64,000 nucleotides of DNA from Longimicrobiales bacterium (lineage in GTDB: Bacteria; Gemmatimonadota; Gemmatimonadetes; Longimicrobiales; Gaopeijiaceae), in NCBI GenBank assembly GCA_965203485.1, contig OZ241892.1, forward strand, positions 64,001-128,000, written 5' to 3'. Positions 48,763-58,515 of the stretch are shown piece after piece (positions within the stretch are counted from its first letter, which is position 1; every line of letters starts with the position of its first letter). The position numbers and the translations under genes were made by a program. Under the pieces are notes generated by a model that saw only the letters and a program-made list of their open reading frames with translations, did not search any database and was not told the DNA's origin.

Positions 48763-49283
48763 GCTGGACTGGACGGTCGGGCGCCTCGCCGGCCCGGATA
48801 GCCGTCCACCCGCGAACCGGGCGGGTCGGCCCGCGCCGGTCCGGATCGCGATCCAGCCGCGCCCCGGGCGCCGTCCGCCCCCGGGGCCTGCTTGATCGCG
48901 TTCACCCCGCCGCGCATCGCGCCGAAGAACCATTCGCCCGACAGCAGGTCGTCGTCCACGGCGAAGCGGAGGACGATCGTCTCGCCCGCGTCATCTCCGG
49001 GCGCGGTCGCGGCCCTCACGGTCAGCCGGCCCTGCTCCACCTGCACGTTGCGGATGCTCGCGGACAGGCTTCCCGCCGAGAGCTGCCCGCCGTAGCGGCC
49101 CGGCTCGCCGCGGACGACCATTCGTCCCTCCTGGACGCCGCCCTCCCAAGAAAGCACGAGATCGTAGCTTCCCACCGGGTCGAAAGCGGCGCCGGAGGGG
49201 GACGGAGGGCGTCCAAGGGCCGCGCTGCAGCTCGCGCCCCAAACGGCCGCCGCCGCAACGATCAATGCGGACGCCGGCGCCAT
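48759..49283 (-). CDS. Hypothetical exported protein
   Basis: Hydrophobic N-terminus with Cys; beta-rich domain (FDPVGSYDL..LSGEW). Confidence 0.55.
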   Translation of the reverse strand: MAPASALIVAAAAVWGASCSAALGRPPSPSGAAFDPVGSYDLVLSWEGGVQEGRMVVRGEPGRYGGQLSAGSLSASIRNVQVEQGRLTVRAATAPGDDAGETIVLRFAVDDDLLSGEWFFGAMRGGVNAIKQAPGADGARGAAGSRSGPARADPPGSRVDGYPGRRGARPSSPA

Positions 49284-49297
49284 GGCGGCAAGCCGCC

Positions 49298-49564
49298 TCA
49301 GGCGGAGACGGTCGTCGTCGCCACCCAGTCGGCCAAGTCGCGAATGCCGCCCATGACAGTGTCGCCGATGGCGGCGAGCGCCCTTTCCACCATGGTCTGC
49401 TCCAGCAGGCCCAGCCACACGGCGACCGCCACGACCAGCCCCACCGGCACGAGCACCTTGATCGCCGCGCGCGCCACCTCGCGGAACACGGCGGCCACCA
49501 CCGCCACGATCACGACCAGCACCACCAATTCCCCGATCATCGCCGGGACCGCCAAGTCAGTCAT
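49298..49564 (-). CDS. Small membrane protein
   Basis: RBS ggaggt; two hydrophobic segments. Confidence 0.6.
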   Translation of the reverse strand: MTDLAVPAMIGELVVLVVIVAVVAAVFREVARAAIKVLVPVGLVVAVAVWLGLLEQTMVERALAAIGDTVMGGIRDLADWVATTTVSA

Positions 49565-49764
49565 TTCCACACCTCCCCGTGGTCTCCTCCGCAAGCCTCG
49601 CCCGGACAGGCCCCCCGTCGCGCGCGCCGACGGCGAAGCGCCGGCACGCAAGAAGCCGACCTGGCGACGCGGCCGGGCAAGGCGCATGAGCTGCCCGCCC
49701 GGACGAGAGCATTGCGATTCCTAATGCGACGACGGCCCACCGCCGCCGCTCCAGCCGACCGGAA

Positions 49765-50052
49765 TCAGGAAGCGACTACGTCCTTCAGCCCCTTCGCGGC
49801 CTTGAACGCGGGCACGTCCTTCGCGGGCACGTCGATCGTCGCGCCGGTCTGCGGATTCCGTGCCGTTCCGGCCTTCCGGTGCCTCGCCATGAACGTTCCG
49901 AAGCCTCCGATGGTCACGCGCCCGCCGCTGCACATCGCGTTGGCGATGATGCCGTCCTGCGGGTTGAACACGGCGTCCACGGCGCGGGCGGCGTCCGCTT
50001 GGCTCAAGTCGGTCCGCTCCGCGAGCTCTTTGCCCAGTTCGGTCTTGTTCAC
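49765..50052 (-). CDS. hup: DNA-binding protein HU
   Basis: MNKTEL, IGGFGTF, ARNPQTG, PAFKAAKGLKD. Confidence 0.95.
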   Translation of the reverse strand: MNKTELGKELAERTDLSQADAARAVDAVFNPQDGIIANAMCSGGRVTIGGFGTFMARHRKAGTARNPQTGATIDVPAKDVPAFKAAKGLKDVVAS

Positions 50053-50289
50053 TCAGCCTGCTCCTGTCGGTTGATCCCGGACGGCGCCGGGAGCGTCATG
50101 AGTTGCTGGCCCGCCGATCGGACGGGTCGCGCCGCGGGCCAGCGTGCGAACAGCATGCCTAGTAATGTTGCAGAGTTGCGCCGCTTCGCAAGTGCGCGTC
50201 GAAATTCGGAGTCCGTGGATGCCGCGTTCGCGCGGCAAGGTCCGCGCCGGCCGCCCCAACCTCTAGCGTCCGATGGAGGAAGCCGCCAC

Positions 50290-51330
50290 GTGAAGGCCGC
50301 CGTCTACCACGAGTTCGGAGGTCCGGTCGCGGTTGCGACTCTGCCCGACCCGGTTCCCGAGCCCGGCGGCGCCGTGTTGCGGGTGCGGGCCAATGGCGTC
50401 TGTCGCAGCGACTGGCACGGATGGAAGGGCCACGATCCCGACATCGTCCTGCCGCACGTGCCGGGCCACGAGATTGCGGGGGTGGTCGAAGAGGTGGGCG
50501 GCGGCGTGGTTCGCTGGCGGCCGGGCGACCGCGTGACGGTGCCCTTCATCGCCGGTTGCGGGCGATGCGGCTCCTGCAGAAGGGGCCAGCAGCAGGTCTG
50601 CCGCCGCCAGCACCAACCCGGATTTCACGGGTGGGGCGGGTTCGCCGAGCTGGTGGCCGTGCGGCACGCCGACCTGACGCTGGTCGCGATCCCCGAGGCG
50701 TTGGACTTCGTCGCGGCTGCCGGGCTGGGTTGCCGCTTCGCGACGGCGTTTCGCGCGGTGCGGTTGCAGGGACGCGCGAGCGGGGGCGACTGGGTGGCGG
50801 TTCACGGTTGCGGAGGCGTGGGATTGGCCGCGGTGATGATCGCGCGGGCGCTGGGCGCGAACCCGGTGGCCGTGGACGTTCGGCCGGAGGCGCTGGCGAT
50901 GGCCCGGCGCGTGGGAGCCGAAGCGGTCGTGGACGCGGGCGCCGTGGACGACGTGGCCGGGGCGGTCCGCGACGCGACCGGCGGCGGCGCGCACGTGTCG
51001 GTGGACGCGGTCGGCGGGCCGGACGCCTGCTTCGCTTCGGTGGCCGGCCTGCGCCGGCGCGGCAGGCACGTGCAGGTCGGGCTCATGGGAAGCGAGGGAC
51101 GAGCGGCCGTGCCGATGGACCGCATCATCGCCTGGGAGCTGGAGATTCTCGGCAGCCACGGCCTGCAGGCCCACGAATACGGCCGCGTCCTGCGGATGGT
51201 CGCCGCAGGCGTGGTGGACCCGGGAGCGTTGGTGACCCGCACCGTCTCGCTGGCCGAGGGCGCGCGCGTCCTGGAGGGGATGGACGAGTACAACGTCGTC
51301 GGGCTGGCGGTCATCGACCGCTTCGAGTAG
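50290..51330 (+). CDS. Zinc-dependent alcohol dehydrogenase family protein
   Basis: RBS ggagga, GTG start; GVCRSD, GHE, CGRCGSC..C, GCGGVG. Confidence 0.92.
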   Translation: MKAAVYHEFGGPVAVATLPDPVPEPGGAVLRVRANGVCRSDWHGWKGHDPDIVLPHVPGHEIAGVVEEVGGGVVRWRPGDRVTVPFIAGCGRCGSCRRGQQQVCRRQHQPGFHGWGGFAELVAVRHADLTLVAIPEALDFVAAAGLGCRFATAFRAVRLQGRASGGDWVAVHGCGGVGLAAVMIARALGANPVAVDVRPEALAMARRVGAEAVVDAGAVDDVAGAVRDATGGGAHVSVDAVGGPDACFASVAGLRRRGRHVQVGLMGSEGRAAVPMDRIIAWELEILGSHGLQAHEYGRVLRMVAAGVVDPGALVTRTVSLAEGARVLEGMDEYNVVGLAVIDRFE

Positions 51331-52177
51331 GGGGGGACGCAGGCGTTGCGGGCGATTGCGGCGGCTGGCCGGCGGGCGCAATTCCGAAGGGCGTCCAGGT
51401 CGTGCCGTTGCGGCGCGTCTCGCGGCGGATCGAGCGGTTCTGCGCCAGGACGGCGGGGTCGGCGTAGCTCCGCGCGTGGTCGAGGTGCAGGCACACGGCG
51501 CGGTAGCGCACCTGAAGGCCCCGCACGCCCAGGTTCTCCAAGCGCTCGCCCAGCTCGCGGTCCAAGCCGCCGTAGCCCATGCGCTCGTCGAATCCGTTCA
51601 CGGCCAGCACGTCCCGCCGCCAAGCCGACGCGTTGTGTCCATTCCACGTCGGCCGGGTGGTCGTGAGACGGTCCGCCGCCCGGCACACCCAGCGCGGGGT
51701 TCGCAGCTTGGCGGCCCGGCCGGCGCCGGGCACGGCTCCCCGTCCGAGCCACCGCGGCGAGAAGGCGCGCCCGGAGTCCACGCTGGCGCGGTCGATGCGC
51801 CGGCTGGCGGCGGCGGACAGCTTGACGTAGCCGCCCGAGAGGAAGCGGCCGGGCCTAGCGAGCGTCGCGTGCACGGCCAGGAAGTCGTGGCGCGGCACGC
51901 AGTCGCCGTCCGAGAAGACGATGTAGTCCCCGCTTGCCGCCGCGACGGCCTTGTTGAGCACGCGGCACTTGCGAAAGCCCTTGTCTTCCTGCCATACGTG
52001 CCGGAGGTCGAAGCCGCCGCCCCGGCGTCCGTCGATCACCGCGGCGGTCTCGGAGGTCGAGCCGTCGTCCGCCACGATCAGCTCGAAGTCCCGGAGCCGC
52101 TGGCGCGCCCATCCCCAGAGCGTCTTCTCCAGCCATTCCGGTTGTTGGTACGTCGTGAGCACGACCGTGATCCGCAC
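51311..52177 (-). CDS. Glycosyltransferase family 2
   Basis: VADDGS, WQEDKGFRK, FSDGDC, NGFDE. Confidence 0.9.
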   Translation of the reverse strand: MRITVVLTTYQQPEWLEKTLWGWARQRLRDFELIVADDGSTSETAAVIDGRRGGGFDLRHVWQEDKGFRKCRVLNKAVAAASGDYIVFSDGDCVPRHDFLAVHATLARPGRFLSGGYVKLSAAASRRIDRASVDSGRAFSPRWLGRGAVPGAGRAAKLRTPRWVCRAADRLTTTRPTWNGHNASAWRRDVLAVNGFDERMGYGGLDRELGERLENLGVRGLQVRYRAVCLHLDHARSYADPAVLAQNRSIRRETRRNGTTWTPFGIAPAGQPPQSPATPASPPTRSGR

Positions 52178-52180
52178 GAT

Positions 52181-53278
52181 CTACGGTCCCGAGCCGGTGG
52201 ACCGCGCGCACTCGTCGCGGGCGGCGCCGTCGCTTGCCCGCAACTTGGCCTCGAGCGCGTCCAGCACGGCGTCCACCGACAGGTCGCGCATGCAGTCGAT
52301 GCGGCCGTCGCACGTGAGCTTGCCCCGGCACGGAGAGCAGGCGCGGCCCGAATGCAGGATGGCGGCTTGCGGCCCGGGCGGATCCAAGTACGGCGTGTTG
52401 GAGCCGAAGAGCGCCACGGCCGGGCGGCGGTAGGCGTGCGCCATGTGCGTCATGCCCGTGTCCACGCCGACTAGCGCGGTGCATCGCTCCACGAGGGCCG
52501 CCGCTTCGCCCAGCGTCGTGCGGCCCACGAAGTCGGCGACCCTGCCGTCCACGCCCGCCAAGATGCGGTCGGCCGCGGACCGGTCCGACGGACCGCCCAA
52601 CAGCGCCACCGGCAACCCCGTTCTGCCGGGCACGCGCTCGATCAGTGCCGACCACCGATCCTCGAACCAGTGCTTGTAGAAGCGCGTCGTGAACGGGCAG
52701 GCCGCCACGAACCCGCCCTCCAGTCCCTCGCGCGCCGACAGACGTTCGGCGGCGACCCGCTCGTCCGGTCCTCGCGGAATCTCCAGCGTGAACTCCGATG
52801 CGTCCAAGCCCAGCGCCTCGGCGAAGCGCGCGTTCGCCGCCGCCATGACCCGCGAATCGTCCGCCTTCACGACCCGCGTCATCAGCAAGCCCGATCCTTC
52901 CTTCGAGTTCAGTCCGATCCGGGCGCCCGCGCCCGAAAGGAACGCGACGGCGCCGCTGCGCAGCAGGCCCTGCGCGTCCAGCGCCACGTCGAATCGGGCC
53001 GCTCGCAGGCCGTCGGCGAAGTCGAGCGCCGCATGGACGAGCGCGACCCACCGTCCCTTTCGGAGCATTTGTTTCCAGGACGCGCGTTCCCAAACGATCA
53101 CCGTGTCGAGATGGGGATTGTGCCGGATCATCTCGGCAGTTCGCTCTTCGGCGATCCAGGCCAGGTGCGCGCGGGGGAAGGCGCGTCGCAACGCCCCGGC
53201 CAACGGGGACGCGAGCACGACGTCGCCCCGGGCCGACAGGCGCACGACGAGGATCTTCTGGGCGGAGCGGGGGATCAT
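52181..53278 (-). CDS. Glycosyltransferase family 9 (heptosyltransferase-like)
   Basis: KILVVRLSARGDVV, DAQGLLRS, KHW, GVDTGMTHMA, ALFG. Confidence 0.9.
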   Translation of the reverse strand: MIPRSAQKILVVRLSARGDVVLASPLAGALRRAFPRAHLAWIAEERTAEMIRHNPHLDTVIVWERASWKQMLRKGRWVALVHAALDFADGLRAARFDVALDAQGLLRSGAVAFLSGAGARIGLNSKEGSGLLMTRVVKADDSRVMAAANARFAEALGLDASEFTLEIPRGPDERVAAERLSAREGLEGGFVAACPFTTRFYKHWFEDRWSALIERVPGRTGLPVALLGGPSDRSAADRILAGVDGRVADFVGRTTLGEAAALVERCTALVGVDTGMTHMAHAYRRPAVALFGSNTPYLDPPGPQAAILHSGRACSPCRGKLTCDGRIDCMRDLSVDAVLDALEAKLRASDGAARDECARSTGSGP

Positions 53279-53734
53279 CGTTCTCCGCCGCCGGGCGCGG
53301 GTGGAAGGCGGGCGGCTTCGCTTCGCGCGGGCGGGCGACCGTGGCGAGGGCCGGCTTCGCGGGCGGGCGCTGGAGGACGCCTCAGGACGGCGAGGCCCGA
53401 CGCGGCGCGGTGGCCGGCTCCGCGGGCGGACGCAACCGAAACGGGGGTTGCGGGTGGCGGCGGACCGCGCAGTCCAGTTGCGTCTTGTGCGCGCGCAAGC
53501 TGGAGGATCGGCGTCATGAGGACTAGAGTATACGAAGCCCGGCGGCGGCGGCAACGCGGCTTGGCCACGATGCGCGCCGGGTTCTTCGCGGCGCGCGTGG
53601 CCGGTCGGCCCGAAGCGCGGGAAGCGTCGGCCGGTCCCATTAGCCGGAGGCGACTCGTGGGACAGGAAGATGCGACGGGCGGACGGCGGGTGCGCCCTCG
53701 GGCGGACGGCTTGCGGCGCTTCGCCGGCGACGCG

Positions 53735-55048
53735 ATGCGCGACTTGGCGTTCGCCGCGGGACTGGCGGGCTACGCTGCCAAGCGGCGGCTGGAGGGCGGC
53801 GGTGCAAGGGGGCGGCGGAACGGCCTGCGGGCGCGCGACGGGACGGCCGCCCAAGTGGCCAGGCGAGCCCCGGGACCGCGCATCCTTCTCCACGGAGTCA
53901 GCGTGGGCGAGGTGGACGCGCTCGTTCCTCTGGCGAGGGGGCTGGCCGGTGCGCCCCAGCGGCCCGACCTCGTGGTGAGCGCCGGGACCGCCACCGGGGT
54001 CCGCCGGGCTCGGGACCTGTACGTGGACTTGGCGCCTGTAGTGCGGTTTCCGCTCGACTTCAGTTGGATGGTGCGGCGCTTTCTGGAATCCGTTCGGCCT
54101 GACCTCGTGCTCCTCGGCGAGCTCGAGCTGTGGCCCTCCTTCATGGCGGAGTGTCGGCGAAGGGGCGTTGCGGTCGGCGTCGTGAACGGTCGGCTCTCGG
54201 AAAAGAGCTTTCGCTCCTACAGGCGGATTCGGCCTCTAGTGCGGCGGATGTTCGCAGATCTGGCCGTTGCGTCGGCCCAGACGGCCCTCTACCGCGAGCG
54301 CTTCGTGGCCTTGGGCGCGGCGCCGGAGCGGACCGTCGTGGGCGGCAGCCTCAAGTGGGACGCGGCGCGGCGGAGGCCGGACCGGGAGGCCGCCGAAGCG
54401 CTCGCGCGCGACCTGGGGATCGACGGGGGACGGCCGCTGGTCGTGGCCGGCTCCACCGGTCCGGGAGAAGAGGAGGCGATCGTGCGCAGTCGTCCGCCCG
54501 GGTGCCAGCTGCTCCTGGCGCCCCGCAGCCAAGACCGCTGGGACGAGGTCGCCGCGCGGATTCCGGGCGTGATCCGGCGCAGCCGTCCCGGAAACCGCCG
54601 GCCCGGCTCCGGCAGTTCGCATGTCTTCCTTCTGGACACGATTGGAGAGCTGTCGCTGGCCTACTTGCTGGCCGACGCGGCGTTCGTGGGGCGAAGCCTG
54701 GGGCCGATGGGCGGCTCGAATCCGTTGGAGCCGGTGGCGCTGGGGACGCCCACGGTGACCGGACCGCACCACGAGAACTTCGACGAGATCGTAGCGCGTT
54801 TGGTGGCCGGCGGCGGCCTGGCGGTGAGCCGGGAGCCGATGACCGTCGTGGCCCGTTGGCTTGCCGATCCAGTTGCGGCCGACCGGGCCGCGAGGGCCGG
54901 CATGGAAGTGGTGAAGCGGAACCGCGGCGTCGCGGAGAGCACCGCGCGCATGGCCCTGGATCTCGTGGGCGAGTGCGGTCGACCCGTTGCGGAGCCGGGA
55001 CCGGCCGGTCCGCTTCCTCTGGCGTCGGCGTCTCGGGCGCCCGGTTGA
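53735..55048 (+). CDS. waaA: 3-deoxy-D-manno-octulosonic acid transferase
   Basis: HGVSVGE, FPLD, ELELWP, NGRLSEKS, LKWD, AGST, DTIGEL, GGSNPLEP. Start may be further upstream. Confidence 0.9.
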   Translation: MRDLAFAAGLAGYAAKRRLEGGGARGRRNGLRARDGTAAQVARRAPGPRILLHGVSVGEVDALVPLARGLAGAPQRPDLVVSAGTATGVRRARDLYVDLAPVVRFPLDFSWMVRRFLESVRPDLVLLGELELWPSFMAECRRRGVAVGVVNGRLSEKSFRSYRRIRPLVRRMFADLAVASAQTALYRERFVALGAAPERTVVGGSLKWDAARRRPDREAAEALARDLGIDGGRPLVVAGSTGPGEEEAIVRSRPPGCQLLLAPRSQDRWDEVAARIPGVIRRSRPGNRRPGSGSSHVFLLDTIGELSLAYLLADAAFVGRSLGPMGGSNPLEPVALGTPTVTGPHHENFDEIVARLVAGGGLAVSREPMTVVARWLADPVAADRAARAGMEVVKRNRGVAESTARMALDLVGECGRPVAEPGPAGPLPLASASRAPG

Positions 55049-55242
55049 CCCGACGCGGAGGCGATCGCTACCGTGCTGCCGGGCGGTTCGATCGATCCCG
55101 ACCGAGCCGCGAAGCGTGGACGCGAACCCTGGAAGGCGCCTTCGCCGTAGTTGCGACCGAGTGCGGCAGTCACGAGCGCTCGCCGCGGCTGGCGCAGGCC
55201 CGTTCGTGTGCGAATCGATTCCAGAGAAGGGAGGCCCCGCCG

Positions 55243-55305
55243 ATGAGCTTGATCCTCCGACGCGTTCTGCGGCTGGTCTTGGACTGGCTCCGGTCCAAGA
55301 TATAG
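55243..55305 (+). CDS. Candidate 20-aa amphipathic small protein
   Basis: Strong RBS aagggagg 8 nt upstream; MSLILRRVLRLVLDWLRSKI*. Confidence 0.35.
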   Translation: MSLILRRVLRLVLDWLRSKI

Positions 55306-55403
55306 TTGTCGGCTTGCGGCGCGGCCGGCCTAGCGCGGGGTTCCGGGGCGGCGGACGTCTGGCCGCCGCCGCGGGGTCCCACCGGCCTCGAGCGACGGTC
55401 GGC

Positions 55404-55913
55404 CTAGCGGTTCTCCTGCTCGGCGCCGTGCTCGCGGCCTTCGCGCTGGGCGCCGTGCTCGTCGGCCTCGCCTTCGGCGCCGTGTTCGTCGGCCTCGTGC
55501 TCCGTCCCATGTTCGCCTTCGCCCACTTCGGCGTGCGCGCTCCACGTCTCGAACGCATCCTCGGAGCCCGGCAGGTTCACGTCCGCCTTCTCCCCCGGGG
55601 CCAAGTCCACGGGAGCGGTCGGCCCGAGTTCCGTGCCGTTCGACAGGTGCACCTCGACGCGCACCTGGGACAGAACCGTATCGATCACGTTCTCGACGGT
55701 TCCCACGAAGGCGTTGGCCTGCACGTCGTAGGACAGGATCAAGCGCGAGCCCGCCCGCTCTTGGTCGTACGCGTCGTCCTGCGACAGGCGGAGCGTCTCC
55801 TCCTCGCCTTCCGTCGTGTTCTCGGCCTCGTTCGGCTGCGCCTGCTCGGCTTGCTGGGCGTTGCAGGCGGCGAGCAGCGAGATCGTCAAGCCGGCCAGCA
55901 GGGTCTTGGTCAT
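55404..55913 (-). CDS. Lipoprotein with acidic/His-repeat C-terminal tail
   Basis: LLAAC lipobox; tail of EHGAEGEAD-like repeats. Confidence 0.75.
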   Translation of the reverse strand: MTKTLLAGLTISLLAACNAQQAEQAQPNEAENTTEGEEETLRLSQDDAYDQERAGSRLILSYDVQANAFVGTVENVIDTVLSQVRVEVHLSNGTELGPTAPVDLAPGEKADVNLPGSEDAFETWSAHAEVGEGEHGTEHEADEHGAEGEADEHGAQREGREHGAEQENR

Positions 55914-56272
55914 GTTGGGAAGCTCCCGCGTTCAATGGTGGACGGCCAGCATCTTCGGGCCATGCCGGCTCTGGCGTCAACCAAAGGAAGGGCCCGCGCC
56001 GCGCATCGGTCAAGTCCTCGGCCGTCCGGGCGGACATGCGGCCGCCGACCGCTGCGGGGATCGCCATCCTCGCGCGCGAAACTGCATACTTGCCTCCAAA
56101 ACGCATATATTGCGTAGTCGTTGACGGTGGCCAATAGTCGGCACATCGATCGAAGGAGAAGGCTCGCCGCTTGGCCGGCGCCGGAGAGGCGAGCATCCGT
56201 GACCGTGACCGGCGCCGGACCTGACCAGCGGCCCGTTGACGCTGGCCGAGAGCGTCGGACAGGCGAGCGACC

Positions 56273-57310
56273 ATGATCAAGACCGCCCTCCCGCCAGTGC
56301 TGGTGCTGAGCACGGGACGATGCGGCTCCACCATGCTTTCGGAGATTCTGAACACCCACCCGCGCGTGCTCAGCTTGTCCGAGACCTTCACGACGGTGGG
56401 GCAGGGGCCGTTCCGTCGCCGCCGGTGCGGTGGACAGCGCATTTGGCGGGCGTTCAGCCGCCAATCGAAGTGGCTGCACGAGGGACTGCAGGCCGGCTAC
56501 GAGGAGGTGCTGTATCCTTTCGGCTCGCCCGGCGCGCGCTACACGCGGAGCGACGTCCCTCCGCTGGCGTGCACCATGTTGCCTCACCTCACGAACGAGT
56601 GCGACGCCCTGTTCGACGAGTTGGCGCAGGTTGTGCCGGCATGGCCGCGGCGACGCCCCAGCGAGCACTTCCGCGAACTCTTCGAATGGTTGCGCCGACG
56701 GTTCGATCGAGACGTGTGGGTGGAGCGGTCCGGCGCGTCGCTGCTGCTGGCGTCCCGGCTCAGGCGCGACTACCCGGACGCCCGCATCGTCCATATGTAT
56801 CGGGACGGACGGGACACGGCGCTTTCGATGCGCAACCATTACGTCTTCTCCACGTTGGTGGCCACCACTCGCGCAGTGCGGTCAGCGGGCATCGATGCCG
56901 CGCGTTCGATCGCGAGGAGCCGGCACTGGAACCGCGTCAGCCCTTGGATCGAGTGGCTCGGCGGCGCCCTCCTGCCGCCCAAGCGATTGCCCTACGGCAA
57001 GTTGACGCTCGGCGACTACGGGCGTTTTTGGAGCGCGATGGTCGAGCGCAGCCGCTGGGTGCTGGCGGACTTGCCCCCCGAAGCGCTTCTGAACGTGAAG
57101 CTGGAGGACGTGCAGGCCGAGCCGGAGGCGCAGGTCCGCCGCCTGATCCGCTTCGTGGCTCCGGAGCTGGAGGACGACGAATGGGTGCGCGCCGCGTCCG
57201 CGATTCCCCGGCCCACCGTCTCTCGGTTCGGCGACCTGGACCCGGCGGAACAAGCGGAGCTGGCCCAAGCCTGCCGTCCCGGACTGGAAATCCTGGGTTA
57301 TCCGCTGTGA
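56273..57310 (+). CDS. Sulfotransferase family protein
   Basis: STGRCGSTML (5'-PSB loop), RIVHMYRDGRDTALS (3'-PB). Confidence 0.88.
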   Translation: MIKTALPPVLVLSTGRCGSTMLSEILNTHPRVLSLSETFTTVGQGPFRRRRCGGQRIWRAFSRQSKWLHEGLQAGYEEVLYPFGSPGARYTRSDVPPLACTMLPHLTNECDALFDELAQVVPAWPRRRPSEHFRELFEWLRRRFDRDVWVERSGASLLLASRLRRDYPDARIVHMYRDGRDTALSMRNHYVFSTLVATTRAVRSAGIDAARSIARSRHWNRVSPWIEWLGGALLPPKRLPYGKLTLGDYGRFWSAMVERSRWVLADLPPEALLNVKLEDVQAEPEAQVRRLIRFVAPELEDDEWVRAASAIPRPTVSRFGDLDPAEQAELAQACRPGLEILGYPL

Positions 57311-57348
57311 GACCGATTCCGGCGCAGCGAGGAGAAGCAACCCTGTCC

Positions 57349-58515
57349 ATGCCTACGGCCTACGAGCCGGGATACGACAAGGCCCGCCTTCTGAACAAAC
57401 GTCTGGCCGACAACTACGTCCGTCACACGGTCATTGGCGACCCCTTGGCGGACGCCGCCGTGGAGGCGCTCGCCCAATATGACCAACAAGAGGCGCACCG
57501 CGTGATCGCCGCGGGAATGGAGCAGCGCGACGACGTGCTTTCCGCCGCTCCGCCTGCGGTGCAGGAATTCTTCGCGAAAGTGTCGCCGCCGCCGCCGTGG
57601 CTGGACCTGCGGGCCTTGGTTCCGGGAATGCGCGCGTACCACCAGTACTCGGACTTGTTCATCGCCGTGCACGTCACGGCCGTGCTCGTCAGCGGCTTCT
57701 CAACAATGATCAGCAAGTCCTTTTTCAGGACCGGCAGGCTCACGGACTACGGCGTTCGGCGCCTTCAGCAGAACAATCGCCACCTGATCGAGATCTGCCT
57801 GCCGGGCGGCTTGGAGCGGCAGGGAGACGGTTGGAAGCTCTCGGTTCGCATTCGCCTCGTGCACGCGCAGATCCGGCGGCTTCTGCGCCAGCCGGGCGAA
57901 TGGGACGAACATCGTGACGGCGTTCCCGTCAGCGCCGCGCACATGGCGTTCGCGTCCGCCGCCTTCTCGTCGTTGCTCGTGGACCAAGTTCGCCGAGTCG
58001 GTGCTCGAATCAGCCAAGAGGAAGCGGAGAGCTTCGTCCAGATATGGCGCTACGTCGCCTGGCTGTTCGGGGTGCCGGAGACGATTCTGTTTCGCGACTT
58101 CGACGACGGGCTCGAGCTCTGCCGCATCGGCTTTCTGTGCGAACCGGAGCCCGACGAGGAATCTGTTCTCATGGCCAACGCCCTGATCAATTCGGCGCCG
58201 CTGATCACCGGAGCCACCGATCCGGAGAAGCGGCAGGCCGTGGCGAAGTTCGTGTATCGCGTCTCCCGGGCGCTCGTCGGCGACGATCTGGCCGACAAGC
58301 TTCGCTTCCCGCCGCAACGGACCACGGGCGTTCTCTTCTTGCTGAAGTGGCAGCACCGTTCGGCGGGCTTCCTGGGCCGCTTGCTGCCCGGCGGCCTGGC
58401 TCGCCGTCGCAACAGCAACTTCATCACGCTGCTCGAACGCAGTTTCTTCGAGCAAGCCGGCATCCCCTACAGATTGCCGGACGCTCTGGACGCCGATCGC
58501 GCCTCGCAATGGTAG
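57349..58515 (+). CDS. Oxygenase MpaB/DUF2236 (Lcp-like heme) family protein
   Basis: GDPLADA, PPPWLD, TGRL..RRL, RIRLVHAQIR, W..DGVPVS, WRYVAWLFGVP. Confidence 0.85.
   Translation: MPTAYEPGYDKARLLNKRLADNYVRHTVIGDPLADAAVEALAQYDQQEAHRVIAAGMEQRDDVLSAAPPAVQEFFAKVSPPPPWLDLRALVPGMRAYHQYSDLFIAVHVTAVLVSGFSTMISKSFFRTGRLTDYGVRRLQQNNRHLIEICLPGGLERQGDGWKLSVRIRLVHAQIRRLLRQPGEWDEHRDGVPVSAAHMAFASAAFSSLLVDQVRRVGARISQEEAESFVQIWRYVAWLFGVPETILFRDFDDGLELCRIGFLCEPEPDEESVLMANALINSAPLITGATDPEKRQAVAKFVYRVSRALVGDDLADKLRFPPQRTTGVLFLLKWQHRSAGFLGRLLPGGLARRRNSNFITLLERSFFEQAGIPYRLPDALDADRASQW

Noticed and set aside
45744..49724. 1326-aa plus-strand ORF and similar long Arg/Pro-rich ORFs throughout
   Set aside because: Shadow or off-frame ORFs overlapping well-supported genes in high-GC DNA.
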